DNA of 35,831 bases from Candidatus Anoxychlamydiales bacterium (lineage in GTDB: Bacteria > Chlamydiota > Chlamydiia > Chlamydiales > SM23-39): positions 1-35,831 of the forward strand of contig JAAKFX010000002.1 of the NCBI GenBank assembly GCA_011064865.1, written 5' to 3'. Each line of letters opens with the position of its first letter. Position 1 is the first letter of the stretch. Positions 16,393-25,645 of this stretch are shown in pieces. A program made the position numbers and the translations under genes. Under the pieces are notes generated by a model. The model ran no database searches. It was not told where the DNA came from and saw nothing but the letters and a program-made list of their open reading frames with translations.

Positions 16393-17124
16393 ATGGATCT
16401 AAAAATTGAAGTTTATGGTTTAACAGATATCGGTCATATAAGAAAAAAAAATGAAGATGTTTTTGAAATTTTAGAAGATAACCTTATTTTTTCAGTTGCC
16501 GATGGTATGGGAGGTCATAAAGCTGGTGATATTGCAGCTCAAACAGCAACAAAAGAGATTAACAACTTACTTTTGAAAACAATAACTTCAAACATCTCTA
16601 CTGCAAATGTTATCTATCACATAAATCTAGCAATAAAAGAAGTGAATAGCAGAATTTACAACTTGAGTAGAGCAAATATCGATTTTTTAGGAATGGGAAC
16701 AACTCTATGTTTTTTACACCTAAGATCTACAGATGCTATATTTGCACATGTAGGCGATAGCAGAATCTATCATTATAAAAAAAACAGTTTAATTCAGCTG
16801 ACTAAAGATCATTCACTGATAAATAAACTAAAAGATCAAAATAAAGTTTTTAACAAAAAATCTTGTAAAAACATCATAACAAAAGCTATTGGTACATATC
16901 CTAAAATAGAGCCTAGCGTTAATAGTACGCCATATGACAAGGGAGATATCTTTTTACTTACAACAGATGGACTGACAGATTATATCTCGAATGAAAACAT
17001 CAAAATATTAATTGAAACCTTTGAAGATCCAAAAAATCTTTGTGAAATTCTGATAAAAGAAGCGAAAAATAATGGAAGTAGTGATAATATTACTGCATTA
17101 GTTATCAAAATCGTTCAAAAATGA
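16393..17124 (+). CDS. PP2C-family Ser/Thr protein phosphatase
   Basis: 243 aa with the motifs RKKNEDVF, ADGMGGHKAGD, HVGDSR, LLTTDGLTD and SSDNITALVI. It starts directly after the CPBP stop codon. Confidence 0.85.
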   Translation: MDLKIEVYGLTDIGHIRKKNEDVFEILEDNLIFSVADGMGGHKAGDIAAQTATKEINNLLLKTITSNISTANVIYHINLAIKEVNSRIYNLSRANIDFLGMGTTLCFLHLRSTDAIFAHVGDSRIYHYKKNSLIQLTKDHSLINKLKDQNKVFNKKSCKNIITKAIGTYPKIEPSVNSTPYDKGDIFLLTTDGLTDYISNENIKILIETFEDPKNLCEILIKEAKNNGSSDNITALVIKIVQK

Positions 17125-18245
17125 TTCAAAAAATTTATTTAGATAATAACGCCACAACTCAGATGGACAAGGAAGTCTTTGAAGCTATGAATAAGCTCGA
17201 TTATCCTGCAAATCCATCATCTACTCATTTTTATGGCAAAATGGCAAAAAAAGAGCTTCAAAAAGCTAAAGAGAATATCGCTTCATATTTAAAAGTAAAA
17301 CCTCGAGATCTAATCTTTACATCTGGCGGCACTGAAGCTGTAAACATTGGCATTAGATCATTAATTGAGCATTTTTCTAACTCTCATATTATCGCTAGCG
17401 ATATTGATCACTCATGCGTCTATAACACATTAGAACACCTAGAGAAGAAAGGATTTGATATTTCTTTTGTTGATGTTAAAAAACATGGCGCTATAAACCC
17501 TGAGCAAATTGAGCCCCTTATAAAAGAAAACACAAAACTTATTGTAATATCAGCTGTGAATTCTGAGACTGGAGTAAAAACAGATATTGAAACAATTGCA
17601 AAAATAGCAAAAAACAAAAATATCTATCTTTTTGTAGATGCAGTTGCTCTACTTGGCAAAGAGAACTTTTCTATTCCAAAAGGCACTACATCTATGGCTT
17701 TTAGTGCACATAAAATGCATGGACCTACAGGCATTGGACTTTGCTATTTTAAACATAATGTAAACTACACTCCCCTCTTATTTGGAGGACCTCAAGAAGA
17801 TGAAAAAAGAGCTGGCACTCAAAATATGTTAGGAATAGTTGGGTTTTCAAAAGCTATAGATTTATTAAAAGAACATCTTCCAAAAGCAAGAGAAAATATG
17901 TTAAAGCTAAGAGAGCATTTTGAAAAAACTCTTATAGAAAACCTAAAAAATATATCTATTAATGGTGAGGGCCCAAGGATTTGCAATACCTCTAATATAT
18001 GTTTTAAAAATGTCGATGCCGAGAGTTTATTGATTCTTTTAGATAGAGAAAATATTTTAGCCTCTCATGGATCTGCTTGCTCTTCAGGTTCTATAAAACC
18101 ATCTAGAGTACTTTTGAATATGGGTATAAACCCTAAAGATGTCAGATCTTCTATTAGATTCTCATTTTCTAGAAATACTACAAAAGATGAAATAGACAAA
18201 GCTTTGAAAATTATTATAAGACTTGTTAAAAAATTAAAATCTTAA
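17121..18245 (+). CDS. Cysteine desulfurase (class V aminotransferase, NifS/IscS-like)
   Basis: 374 aa with FTSGGTEA, the PLP-lysine motif SAHKMHGPTGIG, and the active-site loop HGSACSSGS. It overlaps the PP2C stop codon (ATGA). Confidence 0.85.
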   Translation: MIQKIYLDNNATTQMDKEVFEAMNKLDYPANPSSTHFYGKMAKKELQKAKENIASYLKVKPRDLIFTSGGTEAVNIGIRSLIEHFSNSHIIASDIDHSCVYNTLEHLEKKGFDISFVDVKKHGAINPEQIEPLIKENTKLIVISAVNSETGVKTDIETIAKIAKNKNIYLFVDAVALLGKENFSIPKGTTSMAFSAHKMHGPTGIGLCYFKHNVNYTPLLFGGPQEDEKRAGTQNMLGIVGFSKAIDLLKEHLPKARENMLKLREHFEKTLIENLKNISINGEGPRICNTSNICFKNVDAESLLILLDRENILASHGSACSSGSIKPSRVLLNMGINPKDVRSSIRFSFSRNTTKDEIDKALKIIIRLVKKLKS

Positions 18246-18271
18246 ACTTTTAGAGTTATAGTTTTTAAATT

Positions 18272-19528
18272 TTAAATTCTAGCAAGAGCAGACTGTCCCC
18301 GTAGATTACGAAAACATGCACCTAAGGCTTGTAATATATTCTGAATATATAACCACATCTTCGCCCAACGAACCGCAGGTTCATCGCGTACTTCATAAAT
18401 TAATTCATTAAGAACTTTTCTAAAAGCTTGTCTTACTGTCGTATGAAGTGGATTATTTCTTAAAAAGCATTCTCCATATGAATTACCACAATCAGCTGAT
18501 GGTGATCCATTATTTAGCCACACTTGTTTAGTAATAAGTTGCTTTGTTTCAGCAGAAAGTTGATTAAATATATCGATCACTCTTTTCTTATGCTCTTTAT
18601 TATCTTCTCGAATATAAGAATCAAGCCAAGAATTTAGTAGCAAAGGGAAATTTGCTAAACAGAGTATATCGCTCTGAAGGGCTGTATCTTTTACATAGGG
18701 ATATTGACTAGGCATCTTCTTATCATAACAAAATGATTTACATGTGTACGCATTAAAAATAGCAAAACCATGTACTGCTGAGATGACTCTAGGAATATTC
18801 CCTTTTTTGCTGATAACCGGTTTAGAAAAATACATTGAAGGTCCTGGAGCCAATACAGTTCTTTTTGGAGTTTTTCTTGCTATTTCATCTGCAATATTTT
18901 TATCTCCAAGTCCTGTCATACATGCATCGAGTAAAATTGTTGCATCTGGTGCGATATCTTCAAAAAGATCATCTCGAAGGTTTCCATAAGTGATCGCTTC
19001 GCTAATCAAACTACCAGGCTTTTGAATAGACAATGCTGATTTGGATCCATGAGACACACTATCAACAAATTGTATTGGTCTGTCAGGATATTTTTCTTTA
19101 ATATGAGTTATAAAGTTTTTCATCTCATCTTGTGAAGCAACGATTTTTGGAGCAACAGCAAAATGCTTCTGAAGATTTCCAATTTTATAATGATGATAAT
19201 AATAGAGCTGGTTACCTAAAATAGCTCCATTGCTATCGTAAGCACTTACAAAATAAATACAAATAGGCTTTGTATTTTCAGACAGTTTATCTCTGATATT
19301 TTCGAAATCGGTTTTAAGCTTCTCTCTATTGTTCTGAAAATCACTATAAGATGGTCTATAATAAATTAATTCCTTAATAAGAGAAAAAAATCTTTTAGCT
19401 ACGTGATAAATTCTAATAAAGCAATTTCCTTCATTAGGCTCATTCTCATAACGAAACGAATAAGCTACTTTTAAATATGATGGAAGTTCTCTTGGAATCA
19501 TCAATAAACTATTTGATAGTGAACTCAT
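18272..19528 (-). CDS. Hypothetical protein with OTU-like Cys/His boxes and a second His-Gly...Ala-Cys module (candidate secreted cysteine protease or deubiquitinase)
   Basis: 418 aa. NEGNCFIR (Cys36) is followed by a helical stretch, then PICIYFVSAY...LYYYHHYKIG (His112/113). After that come IQFVDSVSHGS (His160) and ATILLDACMTG (Cys203). There is no signal peptide. The functional call is inference only. Confidence 0.35.
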   Translation of the reverse strand: MSSLSNSLLMIPRELPSYLKVAYSFRYENEPNEGNCFIRIYHVAKRFFSLIKELIYYRPSYSDFQNNREKLKTDFENIRDKLSENTKPICIYFVSAYDSNGAILGNQLYYYHHYKIGNLQKHFAVAPKIVASQDEMKNFITHIKEKYPDRPIQFVDSVSHGSKSALSIQKPGSLISEAITYGNLRDDLFEDIAPDATILLDACMTGLGDKNIADEIARKTPKRTVLAPGPSMYFSKPVISKKGNIPRVISAVHGFAIFNAYTCKSFCYDKKMPSQYPYVKDTALQSDILCLANFPLLLNSWLDSYIREDNKEHKKRVIDIFNQLSAETKQLITKQVWLNNGSPSADCGNSYGECFLRNNPLHTTVRQAFRKVLNELIYEVRDEPAVRWAKMWLYIQNILQALGACFRNLRGQSALARI

Positions 19529-19724
19529 ATGTAAATATGCCCCTTATTATTATAAGCAGTAATTTTAACATAATTATCATTTAAAACCAATATTTAATTT
19601 TTTTTGTAAAAGTGCTTATATTTCGTTTTAATCCATACAATTAAAAAATTTTGTTTACAATTTAAAAAACACATTAAAATTATTTTTATATGTCATCATT
19701 AAAAGAAAATATTCTATTAGAGAT

Positions 19725-20948
19725 TCAGATAATTGTTTTTACTTTAACTTTTTCGACACCTAAAAGAGAAGTTTCGATTATTGTAAATTCATATTTTTCA
19801 AAGTGTACGATTTCATCTAAAGATGGAGGATGACCTAAATATTGGGTTATTAATTCAGAGAGAGTTTCAGCATCTTTATAGTGAAGATTAGCTTTGAATT
19901 TTTTATTAAATATTTCAAGGCTCATCTCCCCTGGAAGGGTTTTTTCAATAACGATTTTAGAGCTTTTTTTTCTCTCAATGTAGATTGGGTATTTACCAAA
20001 GATTTCATCTTCTATTTGATCTAAAGAGATAAAACCAACATTTTTACCATTTTTATCTAAGACAATAGCAATGCTTTGGTTGTTAGTTCTAAACTGTTTT
20101 AAAATATCTAAAACAAACATATCTTCTGTTATAAACCAAAAAGGCTTTGCAAAATCTATAACTAGATTTTCATCTTTCGCTTTTAGAAGATCTCTGGGAT
20201 ACGCAATTGCTACTATATTAGAAGGTGTTTTATGATAGATTGGAAAGTATGGAAAGTAGCTGATATTTAGTGCACTTTTGATCTGTTTTAGAGTGAAATT
20301 CGATGGAATCATTTTCATATGACTTACAGAAATCATAATCTGTTTAGCTTTTTTCTCTTTTAATGAAAATATAGAGTTTAGAGTTGCATTTATATTTTCA
20401 TTTTCTAATTTTGATATTTTTTTAGCAGGCTCTTCTATCGCTTTTTTAAGCTCTTCTTTTGAGAGGAAAAATTCTAGTTTTGGTTTTTTGAAAATAAGAT
20501 TCGATACTTTTGATATTTTTCCGATCACCCAAACGAGTGGAGTTAAGATTCTAGCTAAAAGATAAACAAATGGCACTGATAGATAAGCTACATGCTCAGA
20601 GTGGCGTCTTGCTGCAAATAAAGGGGCTAGCTCACCGAATATTAAAACTATTATGGTTTGAGAAAAAGGCGCAATATCCGGGCTTAAATTTAGAGATTCA
20701 TAAAACCTTCTTGCAGCCTCTGATCCTATCTGCATAACAGTATTTACCATGATAAGCGTTGTTCCAAATAGATAGGATGGGTTTTTAAGTAAAAACTCTA
20801 ACCATTTAGCTTGTTTTTTGTTTTTGCTCGCTTTGTAGTGAAGCTTTACTTTATTTAAAGAGACCGCTGCCATCTCAAACATTGAAAAAAAGCTCTCTGT
20901 CAAAACACAAAAAAGAGCTAAACATAAAAAAAAGATCGTTTTATTCAT
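19725..20948 (-). CDS. CNNM/TlyC-family transporter (DUF21 + CBS pair + CorC_HlyC)
   Basis: 407 aa. It has an N-terminal DUF21 membrane domain (FEMAAVSLNKVKL), a CBS pair, and a C-terminal transporter-associated domain. Its ATG overlaps the end of the upstream reading frame. Confidence 0.75.
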   Translation of the reverse strand: MNKTIFFLCLALFCVLTESFFSMFEMAAVSLNKVKLHYKASKNKKQAKWLEFLLKNPSYLFGTTLIMVNTVMQIGSEAARRFYESLNLSPDIAPFSQTIIVLIFGELAPLFAARRHSEHVAYLSVPFVYLLARILTPLVWVIGKISKVSNLIFKKPKLEFFLSKEELKKAIEEPAKKISKLENENINATLNSIFSLKEKKAKQIMISVSHMKMIPSNFTLKQIKSALNISYFPYFPIYHKTPSNIVAIAYPRDLLKAKDENLVIDFAKPFWFITEDMFVLDILKQFRTNNQSIAIVLDKNGKNVGFISLDQIEDEIFGKYPIYIERKKSSKIVIEKTLPGEMSLEIFNKKFKANLHYKDAETLSELITQYLGHPPSLDEIVHFEKYEFTIIETSLLGVEKVKVKTII

Positions 20949-21132
20949 GTTTTTTCTCTTTTTTCGATGGTTTGAGCAGTCTTATATATACTCTTCTTAC
21001 TCTATTAGGATCGGAAGAGAGAACATAAAATAGCAGATTATTTTTTTTGATCTTATCCCCTGCTTTTGGAATATCACCCATCTCATCTGTTAAAAATCCA
21101 CCTACTGTGACGGCATTTGATTTTCTATCTAA
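20941..21132 (-). pseudogene. Detached CorC_HlyC domain, in frame behind the TAA stop of the upstream CNNM gene
   Basis: Continuing in the same frame past TAA (21133-21135) gives LDRKSNAVTVGGFLTDEMGDIPKAGDKIKKNNLLFYVLSSDPNRVRRVYIRLLKPSKKEKKHE. This is a typical CorC_HlyC transporter-associated domain. It has no start codon of its own. Confidence 0.6.
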
Positions 21133-22206
21133 TTAGATACCAAATTGATCTTCAAGATCATCTATCTCCATTTTCCCACTAGCTATTATCTCATTTTGTT
21201 TCGAGATAGTATATTTTTGCTTTTCATCTTTTTTATCAGAGATTTTCCCTAAAACTTGATTTGTTAAATCTTCTTGAGTGATAAGACCAATTATCGAGCC
21301 ATATTCATCAACAACAATCGCAATATTTTCTCTTCTATCTCTAAGCTCTATAAGAAGCGCAAAGGCCTGCATACTCTCCGCTACAAAAAATGGCTTTTTT
21401 AAATACTTTTTTAGATCTTGAGTAGATTTTAAGCTATCTTTATAGATGAAAAAGTTTTTCAAAGAGATAATGCCTAGCATTTCATCTACATTATTATCAC
21501 AAACAGGAACTCTAGAGCACTGTTTATCAGCAAATAGATGAATCAACTCATCTAAAGGAGCATTAATATCATAATATAAAATTTCATCACGAGGACGCAT
21601 TAGCTCTTTAACATTTGAATCATGCAAGTTTAAATAACCTTTAACAAGATCAATTTCATCTGTTGTTAGAAGATTCTCTTCTTTAGATTTATCGATCACA
21701 TGTTCTATCTCTTCAATAGATAGAGGCTTTTCTTTTTTTAAAAAAAAGAACATCACTCTAGATACATAAGATGTAAGTTTTGTAATAACAATTCGAATAG
21801 GTTTAATAATTTTAGATATAAAAGAGACAAAAGGCGATAGATGATAGGAAATAAACTTGTTATTAGGAAGAGCAATAGATTTTGGGATAACTTCTCCAAA
21901 AAATAGTGTCAAAACCAAAGGAATACCAACTTTTAAAGCCCAAGATGAGATATTTCCAAATAAAGATGAGACAGCATTTTGAACTAAGATATTTGCAAAA
22001 ATATTTAGCATCATAATAGTAACTAAAAGATCTTTCGGCCTGTGTAGAAGTTTTGCGATAAGTCTTTTTCTTTTATTAACATCTGTTTTATAGGTATTTA
22101 TCGTAAATGAAGAGAGAGAGAATAGAGATGTCTCTGATGCAGATAAAACTGCAGAAAAACAGATCAAACAAAATAAAGCTAATATAAGTAATACAATGCT
22201 CATCAA
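21133..22206 (-). CDS. CNNM/TlyC-family transporter, truncated by an in-frame stop (DUF21 + CBS pair only)
   Basis: 357 aa containing DUF21 (SASETSLFSLS) and a CBS pair. It ends ...DDLEDQFGI*, exactly where homologs continue into the CorC_HlyC domain. Confidence 0.75.
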   Translation of the reverse strand: MMSIVLLILALFCLICFSAVLSASETSLFSLSSFTINTYKTDVNKRKRLIAKLLHRPKDLLVTIMMLNIFANILVQNAVSSLFGNISSWALKVGIPLVLTLFFGEVIPKSIALPNNKFISYHLSPFVSFISKIIKPIRIVITKLTSYVSRVMFFFLKKEKPLSIEEIEHVIDKSKEENLLTTDEIDLVKGYLNLHDSNVKELMRPRDEILYYDINAPLDELIHLFADKQCSRVPVCDNNVDEMLGIISLKNFFIYKDSLKSTQDLKKYLKKPFFVAESMQAFALLIELRDRRENIAIVVDEYGSIIGLITQEDLTNQVLGKISDKKDEKQKYTISKQNEIIASGKMEIDDLEDQFGI

Positions 22207-22247
22207 TTATTGTTTTTAGCTTATCTGAAGATTAAAAAAAAGAAAGT

Positions 22248-22565
22248 TTAGTTTTTGAAGTGAACTTTAATTTGATTTTCAGGTACAACACCGAGCTCTT
22301 TCATTAAAACCATCTCAATCCATGCAGGATCGCTCTGAGCTGCAAATCTAAGCTGAAGATCTTCTTTCTTAGTAGTTGCCAATTTTTGTTGCTCTAATAG
22401 AGATTCATATTTTGATCTCATCTCAAAAATAGCTTTGTTTCGCTTTTTTATTCCCAAATCGTAGCCAAAAAAACAAATAAGTAAAAACAGGATTACCCAC
22501 CAAGATCTTAGCAATGAGCTAAAAAGCTTTGTTGTAATTGTTATGTTGTTTTTTTTGCTTTCCAT
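22248..22565 (-). CDS. Septum formation initiator family protein (FtsB/DivIC-like)
   Basis: 105 aa. It has a short N-terminus, one TM segment (WWVILFLLICFFGY), a coiled-coil stretch, and the C-terminal DPAWIEMVLMKELGVVPENQ, which resembles the FtsB/DivIC signature. Confidence 0.55.
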   Translation of the reverse strand: MESKKNNITITTKLFSSLLRSWWVILFLLICFFGYDLGIKKRNKAIFEMRSKYESLLEQQKLATTKKEDLQLRFAAQSDPAWIEMVLMKELGVVPENQIKVHFKN

Positions 22566-22630
22566 GTAATTAACTTATTCTGTCTTTGTAACTTTATTAT
22601 AAAGTTTTAAAAAATAATTGCAAATAATAT

Positions 22631-23194
22631 TTAAAGTTTAGGTATTGTTATACCTACTTGTTTCATATATTTGCCCTTCCTATCTGCATATGATATCAGA
22701 CATTCGGTTTTTGCTTCAAAAAATAAAACTTGAGCAAGACCTTCATTTGCATAAATCTTTGCAGGCAATGGAGTTGTATTTGAAATTTCTAAAGTAACAT
22801 AGCCTTCCCACTCAGGCTCAAACGGTGTTACATTTACAATAATACCGCATCTAGCATATGTAGATTTTCCAATGCATATAGTTAATATATTTCGAGGAAT
22901 TTTAAAATATTCAACAGATCTGGCAAGAGCAAAAGAATTTGGTGGAATTATACAAGTTGGGGCTTTGATCTCAACAAATGAATCTTCTGAAAAGTTTTTA
23001 GGATCGATAATTGAATTATATACGTTGGTAAAAACTTTAAACTCATCTGCAACTCTTAGATCGTAACCGTAGCTAGAAAGTCCATAGCTTACTAATTTTT
23101 TTGTATCAGAGTATTTAACTTGATTTTTTTCAAAAGGTTTTATCATCCCTTTGTTTGCAAGCTTTTCTATTGTTTCATCTGGAAGAAGTGCCAT
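22631..23194 (-). CDS. dcd: dCTP deaminase
   Basis: 187 aa with [20 protein letters not shown] and the [10 protein letters not shown] motif, all characteristic of Dcd. Confidence 0.88.
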   Translation of the reverse strand: MALLPDETIEKLANKGMIKPFEKNQVKYSDTKKLVSYGLSSYGYDLRVADEFKVFTNVYNSIIDPKNFSEDSFVEIKAPTCIIPPNSFALARSVEYFKIPRNILTICIGKSTYARCGIIVNVTPFEPEWEGYVTLEISNTTPLPAKIYANEGLAQVLFFEAKTECLISYADRKGKYMKQVGITIPKL

Positions 23195-23308
23195 TTAAAT
23201 TTTCCTTTTTTTATTAGCTCAGATAAATAGATATAGCGCGTGAAATACTTTTCTTGCTAGAATTTTTATTAAAAAAGATGTATTTTTTATTATTATGGAG
23301 CAAAACTT

Positions 23309-24325
23309 ATGAATGAAAACTTTATCGAATCAACTCTAAAAAAAGAAGATACAACTTTTGAAGTTCCTCTAAGACCAATTAGTTTAGATGAATTTGTTGG
23401 TCAAGTTAATATAAAAGAGAGACTTCATATATACATAGGAGCGGCAAAAAAAAGAGCTGATAGTTTAGGACATATGCTTTTGTCAGGGCCTCCTGGTCTT
23501 GGAAAAACTACACTTGCAAATATAATTGCAAAAACTATGAACACAAACATCGTTGTGACTTCAGGTCCAGTGATTGAAAAGCCGGGAGATTTAGCAGGAG
23601 TTTTAACATCTTTAAAAGATGGTGATATTTTATTTATAGATGAGATTCATAGACTTAATAAAACAATTGAAGAGTATCTCTATCCTGCAATGGAAGATTT
23701 TACTTTAGATCTGCTTATCGATAGTGGTCCTAATGCTAGAGGAGTTAGTGTTAAACTAAATAAGTTCACTTTAATTGGAGCTACTACTAGATCTGGACTT
23801 TTATCATCACCACTTAGATCTCGTTTCTCTTTTAATGCAAGGCTCGATTATTATGACTATAAAGATTTAGAAAAAATCCTTACAAGATCTGCAAAAATAT
23901 TAAATGTAAAAATAGATAAAGATGGATCTACAACTATAGCTAAAAGATCTAGAGGGACACCGAGAATTGCGAATAATTTACTCAAATGGGTAAGAGATTA
24001 TATTCAGATGAAAAACAAAAATATAATCGATAAAGATATTGCTAACTTAGCTTTAAAAATGTTATCTATAGATGAGATGGGTTTAGATGAGATGGATAAA
24101 AAAATAATCAATGTAATAATTGATCATTTTTCTGGAGGTCCTGTCGGAGTTAAAACTATTGGGGTTGCAATCGGAGAAGAGCCGACAACTTTAGAAGAAG
24201 TATACGAACCATATTTGATAATGCTTGGATTTTTAAAACGCACCCCAAAAGGTAGAAAAGTTACAAAAATTGCATACGAACATATGGGAAAAATTTTCCC
24301 AACTAATGTAGGAGAGTTAAAATGA
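23309..24325 (+). CDS. ruvB: Holliday junction branch migration helicase RuvB
   Basis: 338 aa with LRPISLDEFVGQ, Walker A GPPGLGKTT, Walker B FIDEIHRL, and RGTPRIANNLL. Confidence 0.93.
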   Translation: MNENFIESTLKKEDTTFEVPLRPISLDEFVGQVNIKERLHIYIGAAKKRADSLGHMLLSGPPGLGKTTLANIIAKTMNTNIVVTSGPVIEKPGDLAGVLTSLKDGDILFIDEIHRLNKTIEEYLYPAMEDFTLDLLIDSGPNARGVSVKLNKFTLIGATTRSGLLSSPLRSRFSFNARLDYYDYKDLEKILTRSAKILNVKIDKDGSTTIAKRSRGTPRIANNLLKWVRDYIQMKNKNIIDKDIANLALKMLSIDEMGLDEMDKKIINVIIDHFSGGPVGVKTIGVAIGEEPTTLEEVYEPYLIMLGFLKRTPKGRKVTKIAYEHMGKIFPTNVGELK

Positions 24326-25500
24326 GAAAAGCTTTTTCATTTTTAATATTAATGTGCTTAACAAGTATATCTATTTTTGCAGTAGAGACAATCTCTACTC
24401 AAGCAAATAGACCTGAAAACATTCAGGTGCTACTCGCCAAAAATGTTGACGAAGCACTTTTAGAAGCAAAAGGATCATATGTTGTCTTTGATCCTAAAGA
24501 TGGATCTAGAATAACATCTTCTTTAACAGGCAAACGTTTTATGGTAAAAGCAGTTGCATCTGGTATAAAGTGGGGTGAGACATATCCTGGAAATCACCAG
24601 ATTTATATCGTACCAAAAGCTAAAAACTCTTCACTTTTAGTGAATGGCATTGAATACGATGGAGCAATTGCTATTTTTAAAATTAAAAACAAAATCAACA
24701 TTGTAAGTGATGTAGATATTGAAGATTATTTAAAATCGTCATTAACTCCACAATTTCCATATCCAATGGAGAGTGAAGTAATGGCTGCAATTACAATAGC
24801 AGCTAGAACAACAGCATATTCTCATGTTAAAAGAAACAAAGATGCTTTTTGGCATGTCTCAGCACAAGATATTGGCTATCATGGTAGAGCTATTATTCAA
24901 CCAGATTCTCATGTAACAAATGCAGTTGATAGAACTCGTCATTTAATTTTAGTTTTATCTAAAAGTGGAGAAAACAGACCATTTGCAGCTACATGGACAG
25001 AAAATAGTGCAGGACAAACAGCAGCCTTTCACACAATCTTCAGAAAAGATTGGTGGGCACCTAAAGTTGGGGTTGAAGCGCCACATGCAGCATTGAATAG
25101 AGAAGAGTCTAAATGGACATATAAAATAAATAGAAAAGAGCTAGCTTCTCTTCTACATCTTAGCACAATTAGCTCTGTTGAACTTTATACTGATACTACT
25201 TCTAAAAAAGCCTACGCTTTAAAGATAAAAACTCCAACTGATACAAAAGATATGGATTTTGAAACATTTCAAAGAATCGTTGGAAAAGAAAACATTTTAA
25301 GTAATGATATCAAAGCAATTTTAAGTAATAACGATGTTATTTTTACAGGCTTTGGAAAAGGACTTGGAGTTGGACTTTGCATCTTATCTGCAAATCAAAT
25401 GGCTCACAATGGAGACAATGCGGCTAAGATATTAGCGAAATTTTTCCCTGATACTTTTTTGTTAAATCTCAGTACTAGATTGGATACAAAAGTTAAATAA
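24322..25500 (+). CDS. spoIID: SpoIID/LytB-domain protein (secreted peptidoglycan-remodelling enzyme)
   Basis: 392 aa with a signal peptide. DIEDYLKSSLTPQFPYPMESEVMAAITIAARTTAY resembles the SpoIID core (YL.GVV..E.p..wp.EAlKAQAvAARTYA). It overlaps the ruvB stop codon (ATGA). Confidence 0.65.
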   Translation: MRKAFSFLILMCLTSISIFAVETISTQANRPENIQVLLAKNVDEALLEAKGSYVVFDPKDGSRITSSLTGKRFMVKAVASGIKWGETYPGNHQIYIVPKAKNSSLLVNGIEYDGAIAIFKIKNKINIVSDVDIEDYLKSSLTPQFPYPMESEVMAAITIAARTTAYSHVKRNKDAFWHVSAQDIGYHGRAIIQPDSHVTNAVDRTRHLILVLSKSGENRPFAATWTENSAGQTAAFHTIFRKDWWAPKVGVEAPHAALNREESKWTYKINRKELASLLHLSTISSVELYTDTTSKKAYALKIKTPTDTKDMDFETFQRIVGKENILSNDIKAILSNNDVIFTGFGKGLGVGLCILSANQMAHNGDNAAKILAKFFPDTFLLNLSTRLDTKVK

Positions 25501-25548
25501 TTTAAGTTGTAGCAATTGCTAAAATTTGCTATATTTGTACTAATTTTT

Positions 25549-25645
25549 ACCGGGGACCTTGAGGAATAGAGCTCTTCGAACCAGGTCAGGACCGGAAGGT
25601 AGCAGCCTTAAGAATAAAGGTTTATGCCTCGAGATCATCTCCGGT
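25549..25645 (+). ncRNA. ffs: Signal recognition particle RNA (small bacterial 4.5S type)
   Basis: It contains the conserved domain IV core CCAGGTCAGGACCGGAAGGTAGCAGCC. The 5' ACCGGGGACCTTGAGG pairs with the 3' CCTCGAGATCATCTCCGGT (with some G-U pairs) to close a long hairpin, and the T-run AATTTTTT follows. An upstream TTGCTA (25516-21), a 17-nt spacer and ACTAAT (25539-44) are promoter-like. Confidence 0.85.
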
